Below, piece by piece: positions 9,070-18,713 of a stretch of DNA of 64,000 nucleotides. The translations under genes and the position numbers were made by a program. The notes under the pieces were generated by a model. The model was not told the origin of the DNA. It searched no databases and saw only the letters and a list, made by a program, of their open reading frames with translations. The stretch is from sequence record NC_007623.1. One strand, written 5' to 3'. The first letter of the stretch is position 1, and each line of letters starts with the position of its first letter.

Positions 9070-10794
9070 ATGTTTGACAACAAACCCAGCACGAGTGCTG
9101 AGCGAGCGGTGGCGGGTACTGATTTGGCTCCTGAGAATGACGGCCAACGGTACAGGATCCATTATCTGCCTGACATCTATGATCCGGACAAGCATCCGCC
9201 GGAGGACATTGTTAAGTACGTGGTTCCCCGGGAACGGGAATTGGTGATCGATGTACCCAATAAACAGTTCCTGGAGGTGATTCATGTGGATTACCAGGGG
9301 AAGACCTTGAAGTCTACCTTGGTTCCGTGGGAACCTCGGACCAGTGAGGACGGTACCACAACTGAACAAGACTGGATCTTCGGTCTACGAGGAGGTCCTC
9401 TGTTGGGTGAAGCCTTGCTGAGTGTGGACTACAGCCAACGACCTAACGTAGCGCGTGTTGACAGCACCATCATGCGACCCGGCGCAGCGTACGCTAAACT
9501 CTACCTCGGTAACGACGCCAGTGACAACGGTCGGATCATCAGTGCCCAGTACGACAAGTCGGCGAATATGATCAGCAACAAGGTACCTACCAAGTTGGCT
9601 GAGATCGTAGACCGTACGAACCTGGAGATTATGACCACGGGTCCTTTCAGTGTCACGGAGAACGAGGAGGCCCTGAAAGACGGTACGCGTTGTACGTTGG
9701 TGTTCTATGACGAGGGGGGTAACTTCATTCCCCCGGTTCAACCTGTAATGGTCCAACATTGTGCATACATGCGGGATCACCAGATTGGTACCAAGTATGT
9801 CACGGAGATTGAACTGCTCACACCGTGGTTTACCAATACAGTCAATGCGGAGAAGATTATCATTCCGGTGAACGTATTGGTAACGGCTATTGAGTTCAGG
9901 GCGGTGATTCATTACTCGGATGGCAGTACCAGTGCGCCCATGCCGGTGAACGGTGAACGGTTCAACCTGTATGGGTTGAATGAATGGCGCCCCACCTGGC
10001 CGGGTCAAGAGGGTGAGATCGTTCTGACCCTTAAACTGGCAGCGAATGAACAGCATTACATTGCCAAACCCGGGAGTCCCGATCACATCAGTCGAACCTA
10101 TTCGGTAGAAGCCGGTCCTGTTAAAGGCGCGTACTCGCCGAAGATCTACACCTTCCCGCAATGGGATCCGAGTATTTCGGGGTATCGACTCCAACATTGG
10201 CTGTTGGATCTGGATCGGAAAACGGCCATTGATGTGACCGCTCAAGTGAAGTTCAATGAGAAGAGTGAAGTCTGGCGGCCTTCTGCCTACGGGGTTGCTC
10301 AATCGTTGATCTTTAACTTGAACCTGAGGGATGTATCGAGTCAGTACGAGAGTGTGATCTTCCGGCAGTACACCACCATTGTGTTGTATAAAGACATCAA
10401 TGGGCCGGGTAAACGCTTTGACGTGTCCTTCTCGCAGAATAAACCGTCGTACGAAGCGAAGTTCATTGTCGCTAAGAACGCCGGAGCTGCTACCACGGTC
10501 AATGTGGCCAACGGGTACGGTAATCAAACGGATTGGCTGAAAGCGTTGTATTGGGGGGTCGAACCTAGCTTCAATCGGTTCGATGAAGAGAAAGCTCCTT
10601 TACCCACTCATTTCTACCTGGTTCATGAAGACGGGCGTTCCTGGCGGTATCCGATCTCGGATTGGAATAAGAACAACGCCATCAACATTGAACTTCAGAA
10701 GGGTAAGACCTGGTTCCTTCGTTGGGTGGAACGCCAAACGTCTGGTGATGAGAAGCAACTGGCCGTTACTGGTGTAACGGTTGAATTTCCTTAA
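9070..10794 (+). CDS. Virion structural protein (phiKZ gp26 position)
   Basis: 574 aa, beta-rich; upstream of terminase. Confidence 0.6.
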   Translation: MFDNKPSTSAERAVAGTDLAPENDGQRYRIHYLPDIYDPDKHPPEDIVKYVVPRERELVIDVPNKQFLEVIHVDYQGKTLKSTLVPWEPRTSEDGTTTEQDWIFGLRGGPLLGEALLSVDYSQRPNVARVDSTIMRPGAAYAKLYLGNDASDNGRIISAQYDKSANMISNKVPTKLAEIVDRTNLEIMTTGPFSVTENEEALKDGTRCTLVFYDEGGNFIPPVQPVMVQHCAYMRDHQIGTKYVTEIELLTPWFTNTVNAEKIIIPVNVLVTAIEFRAVIHYSDGSTSAPMPVNGERFNLYGLNEWRPTWPGQEGEIVLTLKLAANEQHYIAKPGSPDHISRTYSVEAGPVKGAYSPKIYTFPQWDPSISGYRLQHWLLDLDRKTAIDVTAQVKFNEKSEVWRPSAYGVAQSLIFNLNLRDVSSQYESVIFRQYTTIVLYKDINGPGKRFDVSFSQNKPSYEAKFIVAKNAGAATTVNVANGYGNQTDWLKALYWGVEPSFNRFDEEKAPLPTHFYLVHEDGRSWRYPISDWNKNNAINIELQKGKTWFLRWVERQTSGDEKQLAVTGVTVEFP

Positions 10795-10806
10795 GGAGGA
10801 AACAAA

Positions 10807-10992
10807 ATGACCAGTACGGTTAACGTAACCGCTCATTGTACCGAAGATAAGGAAGTAGTGGTTCGGGTTCAGACGCCTGAAGATATCTCGCAAGAGGTTA
10901 TTCTTCAGAACGGTGAGAAGACGGAAGTGGTGGTGTTCGGCGCTAAGCACGTCATCATTCACGAACGGACTCGGTTGGAACCCGAAGGTTAA
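10807..10992 (+). CDS. Small hypothetical protein (61 aa)
   Basis: Strong AAGGAGG RBS; beta-rich sequence. Confidence 0.65.
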   Translation: MTSTVNVTAHCTEDKEVVVRVQTPEDISQEVILQNGEKTEVVVFGAKHVIIHERTRLEPEG

Positions 10993-11016
10993 CGGCGGTT
11001 GATCCTATAGTTAAAG

Positions 11017-11045
11017 AGTAACCCTGGGCGGCGCCCAGGGTTACT
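11017..11045. terminator. GC-rich hairpin upstream of terminase
   Basis: 13-bp stem AGTAACCCTGGGC/GCCCAGGGTTACT, 3-nt loop; weak U tract. Confidence 0.45.
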
Positions 11046-11077
11046 TGATTGTTATAGGGTTTTCGTGGAGTTGATGT

Positions 11078-14000
11078 ATGACAGACGAACAAGACACATC
11101 CCTTTCCTATGCTAAATGGTTGGTTAAGTACCTGAGATGCAACAACCTGCCCAAAGAACTGATCGATGATAAACGCCTCCGTATTGATTGGGAGGCTCGA
11201 ACAGACGATGAAACCCTTTTAGCTCACTTCAATGAAGACAGCTTAAGTGGTATTAAGACTGTTCGTTTTCTCAAGGACTTTTTCAACTACCAAGCGGGTT
11301 ATGATCGGGAGACCCGGAATACCAGTTTCCTCAGAACCACCGAAGTGTTCAGGCAACAGGGGATCAATAACTTTTACTTCATCCTCCAATTGAACAATCC
11401 CCTGTTGAAAGGGGTGGATCCCTTTGATCCTAACCTCACTCCTGAGCAACAGGTGTGGGTCCTGGAGGAGTGTCGGAGTAACTTTTGGTACTTCCTACGG
11501 GAAGTTTGCCGGTTAAAGCCGAATCAGCCCTTCTTAGCGAACCGGGGGAATATCAGCTTTATTTGGTCGTATTTGAATCACATTACCACCTACATGATCA
11601 TGCCGCGGCAACAGGGTAAGCAGCAGCGGAACAGTGCTAAGGTTCGTATTGTGCCTAAGGATACCCTGAAGACTATTACCCCTCAGGATACTTGGAAACG
11701 GATTGAACACCTACGGGTGGGGGATCAAGTCCTGGACCGTTCCGGGAAGCCGTGTCAGGTGATTGGCATTCATCCCCAGGGTAAACGCCGGTTGTATCGC
11801 GTCATTACCAGTGACGGACGAGCCACGGATGTAGGGACTGAACATCTGTGGACCTTGAAGGATTATTCCAACTGCCTCAATGGACGTGCACTCTGGAATG
11901 ACTATTCGACCGTTGATGTCATTAACCTGTTGAAGAAGAAGGTTAAACTTCAATTGCCGTTACCGGCTCCGGTACCCGGGAGTGAACAGGACCTACCTAT
12001 TGACCCGTACGTTCTCGGGTTGATCTATTGCGGACAAGATCAAGACGGTAAGGTTATTATCCCCACGCGTACGGATGCGGTTAAACAGTACGTAGTTGAT
12101 CATCTCCCTCGGGGGGTAACAGTTATTCAGGGAGTGGCTAACAGTTGCTTAGAACGGACTGATAACCAACCTTATTTATTCAACAGGGAACACGGTTTAC
12201 CGGATCAATACCTAGAAGCCCCTTTAAACGCCCGGAGAGACCTCTTACAGGCGTTTTTAGACGTTAGGGGTAAGGTTGGTAGGGGTAAGGTCTTTATAGC
12301 CTTAAATCGCGTCCTAGGAGGTCAACTGGCGTATTTAGCCCGTAGTCTAGGTGGAACCGGTAAAGTCACCAAGAACGGAGTAGAGATTACCCTACCGGAA
12401 GAGGTGCCTCCGTTCAAGTTCAGGGAAGAGAATGTCGTCTTTGATAATCGGTTGCTGATCGAGCGGGTGACTTTCGTAGGGGATGACGATTGTACCTGTA
12501 TTGAAGTCGATAACAGTGAACAGTTGTATTTGACCGATGACTTCATTGTGACCCACAACACGGTATCGGTTCAGGTGATTGACTTCTGGTTAACGTACAT
12601 CATGGGCCGGGGGTATACGAGCCACTTGATTACCTTGAAGTCGGATAACCGAGCTCAGTTCATTGCGGCTATTAAGCAGATACGGAGTTCCATTCCCTCG
12701 TATTTGATTAACTCGACCTACAAGGACAAGGATGCTGGTACCAGTCTGACCTACAAGGCCTTTGGGGAAGATAACGTTAATACGCTGTACATTAACGTCC
12801 CTCAGATCAGTCAGGATGCAGCAGGGGATCTCGGTCGGGGGTTACGGGTAGGGACTACCAACTACGATGAGTCCGGGTATATTCGGTTCATCGACACCAT
12901 CATTGACGGGTGTTCCCCGTCCTCGCTAACGGAAATGGCGTTGTGCAGAGAGCAGGGGTTGCCGTATGGGATTACGCACATTACGACCCCCAATACCACG
13001 CTCCATCCCAGCGGGGAGTTTATGTTCAATAAACTCATGAGTGCAACGGAGTGGCGGGAGAAGTTCTTTGATTGCTTCAGTGAGAGTCACTTGAGGCAGA
13101 TGTTACTCAGGGCTTCCCCTACGAAGACAACCTCTCCGTCAGTCTCCATGGTGTACAATTACCTTCAACTGGGTAAGGACAAAGCCTGGGTGCGGGAAAC
13201 CATTGACCTGCTAGGATTGAGTTTGGCGAAAGCCAAGATCGACTTATTGCTCATGTGGGTGGAAGATGGGGAGAATCGGTTGTTTGACGATGTGACCCGG
13301 GAAGCCATTAACAACATGAAGCGGGACGTGGTGTGGAGTAAGGAGTATCGGGACTGTAACCTGTACGTGGACTTCTTTGTGACCCAACAGGAATTGTTGG
13401 AGATGGCAAAGAAGGAGTACAATGACCATTTCCTGATTGGTGTGGATACGTCCTCAGCCATTAACAAGGATGCCTGCACCATTGTGATTCGCAGTATGAA
13501 GACGGGTAAGGTCATTGGGGTGGGACGATATCCCTTAACCTTCTTGGATGATGTCACAGCCATTGTTGTGGATTTGCTGGACGTGATTCAGAACAGCACC
13601 TTGATCATAGAGCGTAACTACGCACATCACATGATCGACAGTCTGTTGATTATGCTGCCGGCTAAGGGTATGGATCCCTTTAAACGGGTCTTTAACCAAA
13701 TCTACCAAGACACCGTCAATAACGCCAAGGAGTTTGAGGAAGTCCAGAACACCAAATTTGCTTACCGGAATAAAGCGTTCTACCTGAAGTATAAACAATA
13801 CTTCGGGTTCGTGACGACCAAGACCACTCGGGACGTCCTGTACGGCCTCATCCAAGAGGCGGTTGGGAATACCGGGTACGGCCTCTGTTATGCGAAGCTC
13901 GCGGATGAATTGATCAACCTGAAACTCAAGGGGGATCGAATCGACCACGATGCGAAGCAGCACGATGACTTGGTCATTGCGTGGCTACTGAGCTACTGGT

Positions 14001-14344
14001 TCATTAAGCTCGGGGAGAACAAGTCCTTGTACGGGATCCCTCCGGGGATTGCCTTAACGGACACCCGTAACCTACTGAACTCTGCTCAGAACCAAGGACG
14101 AACCGAGTATGAGCCGTACGTGGTTCAACTCATCGATAAAGTCCGGAGTAAGGTTCACAGCCTAACTGAAGAACTGATGAGCACCCAGGACAATATCTTA
14201 GCACTTCGTCTAGAGGTGGAGATTCGGAAGTTAGCCAAGATGTTGCCTCCGGAACAGAATCGCATGATGACCATTGACGTGCTGTTGGAGAACGCTAAAG
14301 TGGAACGCAACAAACGCCTACTGCAACAACGCAGAACAGCATAA
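11078..14344 (+). CDS. terL: Terminase large subunit with intein
   Basis: Walker A PRQQGK|T after intein removal; Walker B NYDE; nuclease motifs IGVDTS, IIERN, HDDLVIAW; phiKZ gp25 position. Confidence 0.92.
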   Translation: MTDEQDTSLSYAKWLVKYLRCNNLPKELIDDKRLRIDWEARTDDETLLAHFNEDSLSGIKTVRFLKDFFNYQAGYDRETRNTSFLRTTEVFRQQGINNFYFILQLNNPLLKGVDPFDPNLTPEQQVWVLEECRSNFWYFLREVCRLKPNQPFLANRGNISFIWSYLNHITTYMIMPRQQGKQQRNSAKVRIVPKDTLKTITPQDTWKRIEHLRVGDQVLDRSGKPCQVIGIHPQGKRRLYRVITSDGRATDVGTEHLWTLKDYSNCLNGRALWNDYSTVDVINLLKKKVKLQLPLPAPVPGSEQDLPIDPYVLGLIYCGQDQDGKVIIPTRTDAVKQYVVDHLPRGVTVIQGVANSCLERTDNQPYLFNREHGLPDQYLEAPLNARRDLLQAFLDVRGKVGRGKVFIALNRVLGGQLAYLARSLGGTGKVTKNGVEITLPEEVPPFKFREENVVFDNRLLIERVTFVGDDDCTCIEVDNSEQLYLTDDFIVTHNTVSVQVIDFWLTYIMGRGYTSHLITLKSDNRAQFIAAIKQIRSSIPSYLINSTYKDKDAGTSLTYKAFGEDNVNTLYINVPQISQDAAGDLGRGLRVGTTNYDESGYIRFIDTIIDGCSPSSLTEMALCREQGLPYGITHITTPNTTLHPSGEFMFNKLMSATEWREKFFDCFSESHLRQMLLRASPTKTTSPSVSMVYNYLQLGKDKAWVRETIDLLGLSLAKAKIDLLLMWVEDGENRLFDDVTREAINNMKRDVVWSKEYRDCNLYVDFFVTQQELLEMAKKEYNDHFLIGVDTSSAINKDACTIVIRSMKTGKVIGVGRYPLTFLDDVTAIVVDLLDVIQNSTLIIERNYAHHMIDSLLIMLPAKGMDPFKRVFNQIYQDTVNNAKEFEEVQNTKFAYRNKAFYLKYKQYFGFVTTKTTRDVLYGLIQEAVGNTGYGLCYAKLADELINLKLKGDRIDHDAKQHDDLVIAWLLSYWFIKLGENKSLYGIPPGIALTDTRNLLNSAQNQGRTEYEPYVVQLIDKVRSKVHSLTEELMSTQDNILALRLEVEIRKLAKMLPPEQNRMMTIDVLLENAKVERNKRLLQQRRTA
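11621..12559 (+). mobile_element. Intein (313 aa, class-3-type, Gln1) with degenerate LAGLIDADG domain
   Basis: Interrupts GK|T; block B TEHLW, block F CTCIEV, block G DFIVTHN followed by Thr; endonuclease motifs decayed (YVLGLIYCGQD, LLQAFLDVRG). Confidence 0.9.
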
Positions 14345-14352
14345 GACCTGAC

Positions 14353-14382
14353 CCTCCTGGAGCCCGTGTGGGGCTCCAGGAG
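14353..14382. terminator. Hairpin between convergent genes
   Basis: 13-bp stem CCTCCTGGAGCCC/GGGCTCCAGGAGG, 4-nt loop. Confidence 0.65.
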
Positions 14383-14437
14383 GTATCGGGTTATTTCTGC
14401 TTCAGAAAGGGCGGTATAACCCACTTAGTTACAAGGG

Positions 14438-14734
14438 TTACGCTACAGCAAGCAGTGCATGTTCCAGTTCTTGCAGAGTGTGACCTTTAGCCGGCTTGCC
14501 GTTGGCCAATAGGTTGAAGGCTTCAGAGGCGGTGGTATGATCCAGATACCAACGGTAGTTCGGCGAGTTTTCGTCGAACATCGGCGAGCGGGAGGGTTCA
14601 CCTGGTGGTGTAGGGATCCAAGGGAAGATCATGAACACCCGGATTGACGCTGAACCACTTTCCACCATCACACTAACCATGGTGTGCGTATGGCACGAAC
14701 AGAGAAGCTTTTGGGTCAAGGGGAGTGCGTGCAT
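14438..14734 (-). CDS. Small hypothetical protein (about 98 aa)
   Basis: Start moved to ATG 14734 with AGGAG RBS at 8-nt spacing. Confidence 0.45.
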   Translation of the reverse strand: MHALPLTQKLLCSCHTHTMVSVMVESGSASIRVFMIFPWIPTPPGEPSRSPMFDENSPNYRWYLDHTTASEAFNLLANGKPAKGHTLQELEHALLAVA

Positions 14735-14781
14735 AGTGTCTGCTCCTACGCAGTCTGCATGAATAAATTCCTTGTAACTGG

Positions 14782-16143
14782 TTATTCGAAATAATCCTTG
14801 GACAGTACGCGCAGTACAATGAACAAGCACAACGCCGTACGAGTGGTTAATACCCACTGAGGGGTTTTACGTCCGGTAATGGCAATCACAATCTGATCAC
14901 CTAATTCCCGAATCGTCTTAACCATGTCATTCCGACTCCGACTCGCCCCGTAAGCACCGCGCATCTTGATCAACACGTTGTAGACTTTACTGCGTTTGAT
15001 GTTGTTGGCGTGCAGGTAATCAAACAGGTGCAATACGACCGTTTCAGCAAACTGTTTGTACTCAGGGGTTTTGGGGTTGTTGTACCGCTTAGGGAACTCT
15101 TGCAGGGTATACGTCAGCATGTTCATCCGAACATCCTCCAGTACACTGGCTGCATAGTTCATTAACTCTTCCTTGTAGAACGAGGTTTCCTCTGTCAGGA
15201 TACGGTCCAGGTACTGAACGTGTTGATTCACGTCTTTCGCTACCGACTTAATGGTCAGTTCATCTCCGAGGTTAACCTTAGAGTTCTCCAGTTTAACGAT
15301 GTTGGTCTTGTTCTTGACATCGTGGAAGACTTTGTTAATGTCGTTAATCGCCCTTCTAAGCCTGTTCTGAATATCTCCTACCATGTAAACGATTTTCTTA
15401 TCATCGTTCATCTGGGTAAAGGCTTCGTAGTGGATACCGGTCTTAGGGTTCAGGATAAACTCCGCCCGAGCCTCAATCAACGCCCTCCAGCTTCCATACC
15501 GTTTAATGTCATACTTCAAGCTCAACCGGTTATAGGTCTCCAAGACCACCTCTTTACGGGCGGTAAAGGGGTAGTCGTTGTGAATGATCGAAGTGAGGCA
15601 TTTGTAGTGGTACATGCACACCACATCTTTCATGGCTTGATGTTTAACTTTCTCCGGTAACTTCGAATGATGAATCCGGTACAGCAAGTAAGGAATGGTC
15701 ATATTGAACGCATCCCCTACGACCGCCCACTCTTTCTTGATGGCTGCCGCGTTGTGGAGGTTCTCTTTGAGTTCCTCTTCATCCAGGTCAATGATGTCAT
15801 TGAACCATTGGTTACGGTCTGCGGTGGTAAAGGTGATCTTCTGCAACCCTAGGTACGGGCTCCCAAAGAACTCCATGTGGTCCACCACACCCATACGGCG
15901 GGTAATGAACGCATACACGTACTTCTGAAGATCACTCGCCCACCGAGGGGTAATCTCCAAGTACGTCGCCAGTCGGGTAAAGATCTCCAGAATGGCATGG
16001 TTACTCTGGAATTCCACCCCTGACAGTAAAGCTTCATTCCCTTCCACGCCTAAGAGGTCACTATCAGGAGTCTTTGCCTCTTCAAAGAGACTAAAGATAT
16101 CCTGGTCCCCTACGAGGTCTTCCGTTCCGTCTAATACTAACAT
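14782..16143 (-). CDS. Conserved phiKZ-like hypothetical protein (about 453 aa)
   Basis: Start moved to ATG 16143 (GAGG RBS); helical protein; long ORF. Confidence 0.75.
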   Translation of the reverse strand: MLVLDGTEDLVGDQDIFSLFEEAKTPDSDLLGVEGNEALLSGVEFQSNHAILEIFTRLATYLEITPRWASDLQKYVYAFITRRMGVVDHMEFFGSPYLGLQKITFTTADRNQWFNDIIDLDEEELKENLHNAAAIKKEWAVVGDAFNMTIPYLLYRIHHSKLPEKVKHQAMKDVVCMYHYKCLTSIIHNDYPFTARKEVVLETYNRLSLKYDIKRYGSWRALIEARAEFILNPKTGIHYEAFTQMNDDKKIVYMVGDIQNRLRRAINDINKVFHDVKNKTNIVKLENSKVNLGDELTIKSVAKDVNQHVQYLDRILTEETSFYKEELMNYAASVLEDVRMNMLTYTLQEFPKRYNNPKTPEYKQFAETVVLHLFDYLHANNIKRSKVYNVLIKMRGAYGASRSRNDMVKTIRELGDQIVIAITGRKTPQWVLTTRTALCLFIVLRVLSKDYFE

Positions 16144-16159
16144 TGAAAACCCCTCTTGG

Positions 16160-17008
16160 TTAATTCCGACGTGGTGTTGCCATCCGTATTGCTTCAATAC
16201 GGGCTTGTTTATCCGACCACGTCATGCAGTTGATCCATGTGTTCTTGAAATACTCTTTGTATTGGGTCCACGCGTCACTGTAGGCCTGTATATCGTCCCG
16301 TATGGCGTCTAGGGGAACGCCTGAGCGATAAACCGCCTCTTGGGTAGGTCGCCTACAGGTTTTGTAAATATACGCCTTAACGGCCAATTCAACGAGCTCT
16401 GCGAACTGCCGGTAATGACGAGGGTGAATACTGCTCATCCCTTCATCGTATTCCAAGATTACTTTAGCACTCATGGAATACGTTCCCGCATTTAACCCAA
16501 AGATCACAAAGCAGTTATTACCGGTCATATGGACATTGGTGAACGTGACTGGCATACTGCGGTTAGAACTCAATCCCCCCAGTAAGCCATCCATCATGTC
16601 ATTCAGTACTCCGGACCCACACATCGTGTTCTCATTCACCCCGGCTCCTAACTGACCAACTGCGGAACTCATACTCCCCAGGTAGACTTCTGTCACACTG
16701 ATGATTTTAGCACCCCGAGTCGTCGCTTCCGGTACGTTCACCTCTACACACCCATTCCCCCGATCACGAATCATGGATCCTCCCAGATCCAACAACTCCG
16801 TCTTCCCACCCCCTACGTTACATTCCGGTAGAACAATACGGTGAATCACTTTCTCCCGTATACCCTGTTCCACGGTTGTCTGGTTAACCAGGTTATACCA
16901 ATTCCCCGCATAGTTCGCATTGGGGGTTTCAAAAGCGAGCTTCAACAAGTACTCATCGATATCACTGCCACTTACGACACGATTGATAGCATGGTCTACT
17001 GGATTCAT
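16160..17008 (-). CDS. Hypothetical, probably structural protein (282 aa)
   Basis: GAGGT RBS; ATGTTATG late-type motif 67 nt upstream, shared with the sheath gene. Confidence 0.7.
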   Translation of the reverse strand: MNPVDHAINRVVSGSDIDEYLLKLAFETPNANYAGNWYNLVNQTTVEQGIREKVIHRIVLPECNVGGGKTELLDLGGSMIRDRGNGCVEVNVPEATTRGAKIISVTEVYLGSMSSAVGQLGAGVNENTMCGSGVLNDMMDGLLGGLSSNRSMPVTFTNVHMTGNNCFVIFGLNAGTYSMSAKVILEYDEGMSSIHPRHYRQFAELVELAVKAYIYKTCRRPTQEAVYRSGVPLDAIRDDIQAYSDAWTQYKEYFKNTWINCMTWSDKQARIEAIRMATPRRN

Positions 17009-17569
17009 TTAAGGTGACCTCGTCTAACAAACCTTAACGGGTTTATATAAACCCGTTAACTAGGATTAGGGAATCATAACATCTTCCAGTAATTCATTAT
17101 TCGGTTTCCATTATATGTTCCACTTACCCAATTCTCATTTTGGAGGAGGGGGTAAGATTCTTTAGGACTGAGCGACATGAGCCTACGGCGAGTGGAGTGA
17201 AGGAGTAAAGAATCTTGGGGGAGGAGGCCCTACCGAAGGTAGAGTCCAGAGAAGAGAAAAGAGAAAATCCGAAGGAAAAACCTATTACTCCGTAATAGCT
17301 TTTGCTCTTTATATAAGCCCCGGAGGGGCTTATAAGGCAATAAAATTTAACTTTAGTATTTATTATTATTATAGGAAATTGCTTTTTTATTTAAAAAAGG
17401 AAAAATGAAGAGGAAATGAAAATGGGAAAAATACCTTTTAAATATTCCCTAAATTTCATTTGCTATTAAAGAAGTACCCCTTTCAAAGTCAATTACCCCG
17501 ACCGGCATTCCCGAACAGGGAAGCCGGCGTATAGGGTTTATAATGCAATACTGAAATAGGGTTAATGGA

Positions 17570-17586
17570 TTTCAGTTCTACATTAT
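17570..17586 (+). promoter_or_regulatory. Putative phage early promoter motif
   Basis: TTTCAGTTCTACATTAT upstream of the HslV-like gene. Confidence 0.5.
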
Positions 17587-17658
17587 CATTGGGTAATGAA
17601 AGAATACAGTTATTCGTATTGATATGTTTTGTTAAACCCAGAAGAGGAAGAGTGTGTA

Positions 17659-18207
17659 ATGACAACGATTGCTTATCGTGACGGTGTAATGGCGGCGGAT
17701 ACTCGTGTGGTCAACGGGGCCGATATGATCAACCTCGGAGAGCAACGTAAGATCCACGAACCGGGGGAAGGAGAGTACTGGAGTGTCAATGGTGACCGTA
17801 TTATCTGTTTTGGTTTGTCGGGGAGTCTGTCGGATCTGTTGGCCTTTAAAGAACTGTTGAGTGAAGGGATTACCTTTAAGACCAAAGCACCTGACCACCT
17901 CGTTGGGGACTCGAATATGCTCTGCGTGGGTGAACAGGGTAATGTTTGGCTGGTTTCAGCATTTAAACAACGAGACGGGAGTATGGTGTTTACGGTGTCA
18001 TGCGTACAACCCCCGTTTGCAATTGGATCGGGGGGTATTTACGCCAGTTCGGTGATGGCGGTGGGTAAAAGTGCGGTGGATGCAGTTAAAGTGGCGTGTA
18101 AGTTGGATATCTTTTCTGGCGGTCGTATTGATACCTGGGAACTCCCCCCTATTCCAGAAACCCCCAGTAAGCGCCCTGAACCGGCCGCCGATAAGACGGC
18201 AAAATAA
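17659..18207 (+). CDS. hslV: HslV-like (Ntn-hydrolase) threonine protease
   Basis: Start moved to ATG 17659, giving MTTIAY...MAAD with N-terminal Thr; AIGSGG and LDIFSGG motifs. Confidence 0.8.
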   Translation: MTTIAYRDGVMAADTRVVNGADMINLGEQRKIHEPGEGEYWSVNGDRIICFGLSGSLSDLLAFKELLSEGITFKTKAPDHLVGDSNMLCVGEQGNVWLVSAFKQRDGSMVFTVSCVQPPFAIGSGGIYASSVMAVGKSAVDAVKVACKLDIFSGGRIDTWELPPIPETPSKRPEPAADKTAK

Positions 18208-18398
18208 TCCCTAGGGGGTAAGACCCTCAGAATGTAGGCGATGGAAACTAGAGTGTGTAGGTATTTTATGCCGATGACCTGCATTCACTCCATCGCCGGT
18301 CCTGGTGGGAAGGTTAGGAGTGTTAGACACCCACCACCCCTCAACTGCCCAAGCCTATTCTGTCAGGCTTGAGAGGGTTGCCTACAAAACGCTCCGCC

Positions 18399-18435
18399 CC
18401 TCCAGCTCTATGTCACTATGATGTAGAGCTGGAGG
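18399..18435 (+). terminator. Rho-independent terminator
   Basis: 12-bp stem CCTCCAGCTCTA/TAGAGCTGGAGG followed by a T-rich tract. Confidence 0.7.
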
Positions 18436-18631
18436 TCTTACTTCTTTTGTTTTTTATTTACCCAGGAGGGAATATCTTATACCGTTAAAGTGACCTGTTT
18501 CCACGCCATGGTTCTCTAGGTCACTGTAAGGGTACAACGTTATTGATCCTCTTGGATGCGCTAACGGGTGGTGTTATGGTCATATCGGCGGTTGCCCACC
18601 CGTTAGTCTTTTTTTTGATTACGCTAGATAA

Positions 18632-18648
18632 TTTGAAACCTAAATTAT
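18632..18648 (+). promoter_or_regulatory. Putative phage early promoter motif
   Basis: TTTGAAACCTAAATTAT, 65 nt upstream of the phuZ ATG. Confidence 0.55.
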
Positions 18649-18713
18649 TAGCAGGCTATTGGAGAATAGTCCTTTTTAATGACTTCCCTGTAAACCAAAG
18701 AGAGCGATTCGAT

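Noticed and set aside
18244-18277. Hammerhead ribozyme (GAAAC ... CCGATGA)
   Set aside because: Core is CCGAUGA, not CUGANGA, and stems II/III and the cleavage triplet could not be built.
18543-18713. N-terminal extensions in the ORF track (phuZ; also sheath, sbcD, hslV-like, 1117, 24747 genes)
   Set aside because: They come from upstream alternative start codons without RBS and overlap promoters or neighbouring genes; family-like sequence begins at the downstream ATG.
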